A stretch of 29,867 nt of DNA from Pseudobdellovibrionaceae bacterium (GTDB lineage: Bacteria; Bdellovibrionota; Bdellovibrionia; Bdellovibrionales; Bdellovibrionaceae). The DNA lies in the NCBI GenBank assembly GCA_041288045.1, contig JBGGMM010000104.1, positions 1 through 29,867 of the forward strand, written 5' to 3'. The notes below the pieces were generated by a model. That model saw only the letters and a list, made by a program, of their open reading frames with translations. It did no database searches and was not told where the DNA came from. Both the position numbers and the translations under genes were made by a program. The first letter of the stretch is position 1, and each line of letters starts with the position of its first letter. Shown here one piece after another: positions 23,946-29,867 of the stretch.

Positions 23946-25207
23946 CTTTTCTCTCACTGGCTTTCAAGTCCTTGCGCAATCGAAAATTTGCAACAAGCCT
24001 CACAATTCTTTCGATTGCCCTCAGCACAGCACTGCTTCTCTCGGTTGAGCGCACCAAGCGCGCCGCTGAAGAGGGATTCACTCAAGCCGTTTCACAAACC
24101 GATTTGATCATTGGAGCCCGAAGTGGTCCCGTGAATTTGATTCTCTTCACGGTTTTCAACATGGGAAGTCCGACTGCCAATGTCTCTTGGCAAACCTATC
24201 AGAAATGGAAATCCAATCCGGCTGTTGAATGGACCATTCCTTACTCTCTCGGAGACGGGCACCGTGGGTTTCGAGTGGTGGGAACCGATGAGAATTTTTA
24301 TCAGCACTATCGTTTTCGCGGCGATCGCTCAGTCGAATTCAGCGAAGGCCACGCCGCTTTGGACCTGTGGGAAGTGGTGCTGGGCTCAGAGGTCGCAGCC
24401 AAGCTTCAATACAAAATTGGCGATCCGGTTGTCGTCGCTCACGGAGTGACTCGCGAAGTGGGGATTCAAAAGCATGACGATAAGCCTTTTCATGTGAGCG
24501 GAATTCTCAAGCCAACTGGGACCGCATTGGACAACAGTCTCTATGTCTCGCTGCAATCAATTGAAGCCATGCACTTGGACTGGCATGACGGCGCAGCTCC
24601 CAGCGACGACAAACACATTCACCAAAGTGAGATTCACAAAGAAGACATCAAAGTCGATGAGATCACGTCTTTCTTCATGCAAACAAAATCGCGAATTGAA
24701 ATCCTGCGCTTGCAGCGAGAGATCAACACCGACAAAACTGAACCCTTGCTTGCGATCATCCCCGGTATGACCTTGGCAGAGATTTGGCGCGGACTTGGTT
24801 ATGTCGATCAAGCCCTGAAAGCGATTTCATGGATGGTGGTCGCAGTGGGATTGATGGCCATGTTGATCGCTTTGCTCACGGGACTGAACGAGCGCCGAAG
24901 AGAGATAGCGATTTTAAGATCCATTGGGGCAGGTCCAAAAAAGATCACGGCTTTGCTGGTACTTGAGAGCACCACCTTGACTTTAATCGGAGTGAGTTTG
25001 GGTTTGTTGATTGAGCTTTCAGGATTTTATTTTCTTAAAGGCTGGCTTGAAAACAATTTTGGATTGTATTTGGTTGGCGCGGTTTTCACTTCGACAGATG
25101 GACTGTATTTGGCGCTAACTTTGATGCTCGGAATTTTGATTGGCTTGATTCCAGCTTGGCGAGCTTCGCGCTTGGCGCTGAAGGATGGGCTGTCGGTTCG
25201 AATTTGA
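23942..25207 (+). CDS. ABC transporter permease (MacB/FtsX-type, ZrgC-like)
   Basis: TM helix, large periplasmic domain, then 3 TM helices; TDLIIGARSG, SLGD.HRGFRVVGT, ERRREIAILRSIGA, IPAWRA; ATGA overlap with the ATPase gene. Confidence 0.92.
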   Translation: MTFLSLAFKSLRNRKFATSLTILSIALSTALLLSVERTKRAAEEGFTQAVSQTDLIIGARSGPVNLILFTVFNMGSPTANVSWQTYQKWKSNPAVEWTIPYSLGDGHRGFRVVGTDENFYQHYRFRGDRSVEFSEGHAALDLWEVVLGSEVAAKLQYKIGDPVVVAHGVTREVGIQKHDDKPFHVSGILKPTGTALDNSLYVSLQSIEAMHLDWHDGAAPSDDKHIHQSEIHKEDIKVDEITSFFMQTKSRIEILRLQREINTDKTEPLLAIIPGMTLAEIWRGLGYVDQALKAISWMVVAVGLMAMLIALLTGLNERRREIAILRSIGAGPKKITALLVLESTTLTLIGVSLGLLIELSGFYFLKGWLENNFGLYLVGAVFTSTDGLYLALTLMLGILIGLIPAWRASRLALKDGLSVRI

Positions 25208-25258
25208 TTATTTGACAATGCCGCGCCGTTTTCTGAACGCTGCAGGGGATGGTTTCAT

Positions 25259-27055
25259 TTAAGCGGCCTCTGAGCCGCCGTAATCGGACCAACTGGTTTT
25301 GACTTCGATCCATTCGCCGTCTGGTGACTTGTAGGCGAGGACTTTGTAGAGGTTCATAGGTTCGGACTTGCCTCGCAATTGGACTTCCCCGATGGGCTCC
25401 ATGAGGAATTCGGTTTGCAATTTTGTGTAAATGCTTTCGCTGACTAAGAGGTCCAAGCCGAACTCTTTGGTGGCAGATTCGATTCTTGAAGTCAGGTTCA
25501 CGGTGTCGCCGATGACTGTGTATTCAAGGCGCTCTGTAGAGCCGATGGTGCCCGAAATCACAGGGCCTGTGTGAAGACCCATACCGATCAATAGAGGCAT
25601 TTGGCCTCGAGCTTCGCGCTTGTTGTTCAGTGCGGCCAAGGCCTGGCGCATTTCAAGGCAGGCCTTTAGAGCATGAGAGGTGTCTTTTTCTGAGGATTGC
25701 GGAGCTCCCCAAACAGCCATGATCGCATCGCCGATGAATTTATCCACGACACCGTGATTGCGATTGATGATTCGAACCATGATTTCGAAATACTCATTGA
25801 GCATCTCGACAACTTCTTCAGGAGCGTGCTGATCGCTGAAATCCGTGAAGCCACGAATGTCACTGAAAAAGACAGTCACTTCTTTGTTCTGGCCGCCAAC
25901 TCCGATGTTGTTTTTGAGAATGTCTTCAGCCACTTTCGAGCCGTGGAATTTGCTGAAGAGACTTTTGACCTTGTCTCTTTCTTTCAATCCCAAAGTCATT
26001 TTGTCAAAGGCCCTGGCCAATTCTCCGACTTCGTCACGAGAGCGGATCTGGGCCCGGGCTTTGACTTCGAAATTTCCTTTGGAGACATGCTGGATCAGTT
26101 CCGCCAGTCTTTCAATCGGCTTTGTCAAAGTCATTGAAAACAGAAAAATCAGAAATATCGCAACGGAAACATGGATTCCCGCAGTTTCGATCACTGAGCT
26201 GACCAGTGTGCCGACGGCTTCCTGGATCACCGAGCGGTCGATCTCTGAAACCACGATCACTCCGTACTCTGGAATTTTGACGAAGGCTCCGATGACTTCA
26301 CGGTCGGACTCTGGATCCAAATATTCCTTTTGAAGATTGGAGGGTCCCTGCTTGAGGGCGGCCTCCATTAAGGGGTGTTGGGCCAATGAAAGCCGGGCCA
26401 GCGCTTTGGCTTCATTTTGATGGGAAAGCAAAAGTCCTTTTTCATCCGTGAGAAAAAGATTTCTTGTGCCTTTTTCGCTGAAAGCTGATTGCAGAACTCC
26501 CATTCCAATATCGGCCAAGGCAATGTGAGACACTTGATCCTTTTCATCTCGGGTCAAGGGCACTCCAATAGTGATGAGAGGAGGAAGCTTTGGCAGGCTT
26601 GAATTTCGAATGGCCACTCGCTTTTCAATGATGGTCTGGATTGGAAAGGGAATCTTTTCGCGCAATTGTGAAAAGAATTTGCTGTCCAGCTGGTGACTTT
26701 CTAAAAAGGACTTTTTGGTTTTGAATAAAGAGGGGATAAGCTGACCATTTTTGACTTGATAGATGGTCAAAGAGACTAGATTTTTTTCTTTCTCAAAAGC
26801 AAATTCAATTTCTTTGCTCTCTTGACTGGCTTGCAGACTGAGCTTTCCGAGAGCCTGAACGCGATCCACCAGCGAACCCAAAAGAGCGCGAACTTCGAGA
26901 GTTTTGGCATGGGCTTTCTCTTGATTGAAATCCTTCTCGCGAGCCAGCACTCTGTTTTCAATTTCGCGGCTGTTGGAAAAACCAATGTTGAAAGTAGTTG
27001 CCGCTAAAAAGCCAATTGTCATGATGATAAGCTTGGTGGAGATGCTGATTCTCAT
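25259..27055 (-). CDS. Membrane class III adenylate cyclase (TM - periplasmic Cache-like sensor - TM - HAMP - cyclase)
   Basis: FSDIRGFT and KFIGDA metal-binding Asps, adenine-specifying Lys (VDKF) and Thr (EYTVIGDTVN), N...R transition-state pair; HAMP P...L......GN...DEVGELARAF..M; ATGA overlap with the upstream gene. Confidence 0.95.
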   Translation of the reverse strand: MRISISTKLIIMTIGFLAATTFNIGFSNSREIENRVLAREKDFNQEKAHAKTLEVRALLGSLVDRVQALGKLSLQASQESKEIEFAFEKEKNLVSLTIYQVKNGQLIPSLFKTKKSFLESHQLDSKFFSQLREKIPFPIQTIIEKRVAIRNSSLPKLPPLITIGVPLTRDEKDQVSHIALADIGMGVLQSAFSEKGTRNLFLTDEKGLLLSHQNEAKALARLSLAQHPLMEAALKQGPSNLQKEYLDPESDREVIGAFVKIPEYGVIVVSEIDRSVIQEAVGTLVSSVIETAGIHVSVAIFLIFLFSMTLTKPIERLAELIQHVSKGNFEVKARAQIRSRDEVGELARAFDKMTLGLKERDKVKSLFSKFHGSKVAEDILKNNIGVGGQNKEVTVFFSDIRGFTDFSDQHAPEEVVEMLNEYFEIMVRIINRNHGVVDKFIGDAIMAVWGAPQSSEKDTSHALKACLEMRQALAALNNKREARGQMPLLIGMGLHTGPVISGTIGSTERLEYTVIGDTVNLTSRIESATKEFGLDLLVSESIYTKLQTEFLMEPIGEVQLRGKSEPMNLYKVLAYKSPDGEWIEVKTSWSDYGGSEAA

Positions 27056-28608
27056 ATATCCCACTCGACGTAAAAATTGAGAAAGTGTCCTTCAAATTCA
27101 ACCGAATTGTCGGAATCTCCCGAGACAGGACGGTATTTGACCGTTTCAGACCGGAATGTGTAGCCCAGAAATCCGGTTGTGGCGGGATCGATTTTATAAC
27201 GACCCCACAGACCCAAGCGGCCTGAAAGGCTGGGAACCAAGTGTTCGCCATTGGGAGTTTGCATTTTCAAAAGATTGAAATAGGCCTTGGCATTCCAAAG
27301 AAAGCCATATTTGTCAGTGAGGAAATAAATTTTTTCGTAGCCGTAATGGGGACCAGCAACGGAAATGAACCCCAGATCTTCAGTTTCAAAAAAGCTGGAG
27401 ACCATGGGAACTTCTTTGGCAAAAACTCCGAAATAATGTCTGGTTTCTTCACGCTCCGTGCTGGCTCTGTGGATTCCTGAAATTTCAGTTTTTGAAAATT
27501 GATATTTAGCCCCGCCATCGGAAAGAAGTCCCATCTCAATCGAAAGATGACCACCGAGATCCGGTTCGCTCCAGTACCCACCACCGATTTCAACGCTGCC
27601 GCCGGGGCCTGAGAAATTCGTCTGCTGAGAATTATCAGTGTTGCTACTTTTGTAATCCATATTTGAAACAAGCTGTTGGACAAAAACAAAAGCTCCTCGA
27701 GGCCGATCCCAATTTTTCTTCAGCACGAAAGTATCCAAGCTGGCGGGACGGCGATTAGTGTCTTCGATCACAAAACGGGCTTGGGATTCATCGGAAATTT
27801 CGCGCAGTCGGGCTTTGGCTTTGACCGTCAGTCGGTATTCACCGCCAATCCAGGAATTTTCCAAAGGGACACCTGTCTCTTTGAAATCCTTTTCTGATTT
27901 GACTTGCTCCCACTTGTTCTGACCGGGATTGAACCTGTGAATTTGGTAATCAAAGTTTTCAGCATGGGGAGGATTTTTCCAAGTGACTCCGCCCAAAGTT
28001 TTCACTTCGTTGACTGTCGGGGGCCTTAATTTCTTTCCCCAAAGAGTGAAAGTTGAAGAGGCCTTCTCACTTTTTAAATCTTCGCTGACTTGAGCTTCGA
28101 CAGTCCAAGTAAAAGTTCTTGCCACTGGCAGACGAAGACTGAGTTTTGGTGAGTTGACGGTGTGGGATTCTTGTACGGATCGATCAGCGTATTGAATTTC
28201 GACCCGATACTCTTTCGCACCTGGAACGGCTTCCCATGTTAAATCCACTGGCGCCATTTCATCCTCGGAAGATTTGATCTCACTCCGATCGGAAGGTGAT
28301 AAGAGTTTCACTGGATGGAGTGAAACCATCACCATTTCTGCCGGGGACCATTCGCCAGGGGCTCGGCGCTTATCGCGAGCTCGAATTCGCAAATTGTATT
28401 TTCCAGGTGGCAATGAGCCTGTCCATTCAGGATTTTTGGATTGAAAGAAAAGACTTGGCTCATTTCCTAAATCGGGAATTTTTGTGAATTCCAAATCATA
28501 GGATTTGGCATTTTCAATGATTTCCCACTCGAGATGGACTTTCTTCTCGCCAGACGCAAAAGCCCAAGATGAAAGCAGCAGAAAAAGGGTGAGGCCAATT
28601 GATTTCAT
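27052..28608 (-). CDS. Exported protein with three FN3/Ig-like repeats and a probable C-terminal outer-membrane beta-barrel
   Basis: Signal peptide (AFA); repeats of L.W.....A..Y...(I/F) and G.Y...(I/V).A; C-terminal ~215 aa of alternating Gly/aromatic strands ending FYVEWDI; TGATG coupling. Confidence 0.8.
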   Translation of the reverse strand: MKSIGLTLFLLLSSWAFASGEKKVHLEWEIIENAKSYDLEFTKIPDLGNEPSLFFQSKNPEWTGSLPPGKYNLRIRARDKRRAPGEWSPAEMVMVSLHPVKLLSPSDRSEIKSSEDEMAPVDLTWEAVPGAKEYRVEIQYADRSVQESHTVNSPKLSLRLPVARTFTWTVEAQVSEDLKSEKASSTFTLWGKKLRPPTVNEVKTLGGVTWKNPPHAENFDYQIHRFNPGQNKWEQVKSEKDFKETGVPLENSWIGGEYRLTVKAKARLREISDESQARFVIEDTNRRPASLDTFVLKKNWDRPRGAFVFVQQLVSNMDYKSSNTDNSQQTNFSGPGGSVEIGGGYWSEPDLGGHLSIEMGLLSDGGAKYQFSKTEISGIHRASTEREETRHYFGVFAKEVPMVSSFFETEDLGFISVAGPHYGYEKIYFLTDKYGFLWNAKAYFNLLKMQTPNGEHLVPSLSGRLGLWGRYKIDPATTGFLGYTFRSETVKYRPVSGDSDNSVEFEGHFLNFYVEWDI

Positions 28609-29867
28609 CAATTCACCTCAATTTTTTTAAATTTTGGGGCTTGTAGGTCGCTACTGTCCGGAACTTGCACTGGACGAGGAATTTGCTTTTCTGATTCTCG
28701 TCCATGGGAGTCAATGGCATGGACGGAGACTTTGTATTCGCCTGGAAGTAAATTGACCAAAGTTGCAGAGAGACCTTGAAATTTGGCTTTGCGAATTTCT
28801 TTGCCTGCTGAATCCATCAAGATCACTGTGTAATTCTGGGCGCCATCAATCGCTGTCCATTTTAAATTCAAGCGTCCTTGCAGATCGGCTTTCAGTTCCG
28901 AATTCAAAGGGAGAAAAGAAGGCGCTTTCAAGGCTGGTAATGGCAGAATCTCAAGGCTTTTCATTTCAGAAGTCGCTAGAACCTGATTTTTTTCATCGAG
29001 CGCCTCAACTTGAGCAATGTACCTGCCTGGCTTTGGCAGAGGAGTTTCAAAAGACATTTCTTGAGTTTCTTTGAGGATGAGCGGAGCTTGCGCGGGGTTG
29101 CGGAGACTTTCTTCTTTTTCGGCAATTTTAAATCGCCATTGGCGGACTTTGTCGCCATTGATCGCAGTCCAAGAATAAGAAGCTCTTGGATACTGAGTGA
29201 AATACTGAATCGAATCTTTGGTATTTTCAGTCCAAGAAATTTGCAGTGGAAGTGGCGCTGCCAAAGGCGCTGGTTCCAGAGTTTTTGAATCTGGACCGAT
29301 TTTGAAATGCACAATCCGCGAAGAAATCCATTCCTCTGAATCTGGATAGCGGGCCGAAAGCTTCAGCCAGTAATCGCCATTGGGAAGCTCTGTCTGATAA
29401 TTTTCTTTTTCGCTGAAGGCTTCGCTAACAAATTTCTGCTTCAGCTCGGGATCTTTGCCAACTTCAAGCCCTATTTTTTCTGAATCTTCAGGGTTGAGCC
29501 ATTTGAAATTCACCATCGACAAGGTTAAAATAGAATTTTCTTCGGGTTGCAGCAGTGTCGGTGGCTGTCTTTGCAGAACTTTGAGGCGAAAGACAGAGGT
29601 TTCTCCCAGCTGGCGACCGGAAGCGTCGGTTGCGACCAATTTCCACAGGTGAATTCCAGGTGTCAGAGCTTCCTGCAGGGAGTTTGTCTCTGTGAAAGAA
29701 GAAGGTTTTAAAGTTTTTCGATTTTTTCCCAGCCAAAGCGACACTTTTGCTTTTTCAGGAAAGCCTTTCCACTGGAAATTGATTTTATTTTTGGCCGGAG
29801 TGACATATTGAGTCTGAGTGAGTCGGGGAGAAAGAATTTCAATGTTTGAAACAGGTTTGGTTTTTCC
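28608..29867 (-). CDS. FN3/Ig-like repeat protein (5' end outside window)
   Basis: The frame is open to the window edge (GKTKPVSNIEILSP...FQWKG). Repeated P.LL.P / F.W / L..G.Y.W units. Confidence 0.85.
   Translation of the reverse strand, partial: GKTKPVSNIEILSPRLTQTQYVTPAKNKINFQWKGFPEKAKVSLWLGKNRKTLKPSSFTETNSLQEALTPGIHLWKLVATDASGRQLGETSVFRLKVLQRQPPTLLQPEENSILTLSMVNFKWLNPEDSEKIGLEVGKDPELKQKFVSEAFSEKENYQTELPNGDYWLKLSARYPDSEEWISSRIVHFKIGPDSKTLEPAPLAAPLPLQISWTENTKDSIQYFTQYPRASYSWTAINGDKVRQWRFKIAEKEESLRNPAQAPLILKETQEMSFETPLPKPGRYIAQVEALDEKNQVLATSEMKSLEILPLPALKAPSFLPLNSELKADLQGRLNLKWTAIDGAQNYTVILMDSAGKEIRKAKFQGLSATLVNLLPGEYKVSVHAIDSHGRESEKQIPRPVQVPDSSDLQAPKFKKIEVN

Overview
Gene-dense bacterial chromosomal window, most likely from a Bdellovibrionota (Bdellovibrio-like predator). 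This assignment is inferred from a Bd1075-like L,D-carboxypeptidase next to fliL, many signal-peptide and beta-barrel hypotheticals, and RxPAS-type linker motifs. Gene order: rpsA (5' truncated), sppA, HIT hydrolase, rhomboid, small hypothetical, L,D-carboxypeptidase (-), fliL, two M16 peptidase subunits, membrane hypothetical (-), LysR, orphan lipoprotein (-), then a minus-strand operon (nrdR, nusB, two hypotheticals, dikinase regulatory protein). After that come several outer-membrane or secreted proteins around an RsmB/NOP methyltransferase, a fatty-acid desaturase (-), a divergent Lgt, hisS (-), a Zrg-like DUF3299/ABC cassette, and a minus-strand operon of FN3 protein (5' truncated), FN3 + beta-barrel protein and membrane adenylate cyclase. 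No tRNA, rRNA, CRISPR array, transposase or phage gene was seen. The most notable non-genic signal is a family of structured intergenic repeats. Two copies form an inverted pair at 1673-2003 and a third sits inside a 376-bp element bounded by inverted repeats at 11658-12033. Their hairpin stems differ only by fully compensatory Watson-Crick changes. Other leads are a candidate trans-envelope cAMP signalling operon, an Lgt paralog lacking key catalytic residues, a recurrent R-x-P-A/S-S linker motif, and an nrdR-nusB junction with no riboflavin genes between them. All family calls come from motif recognition by eye, not database searches.
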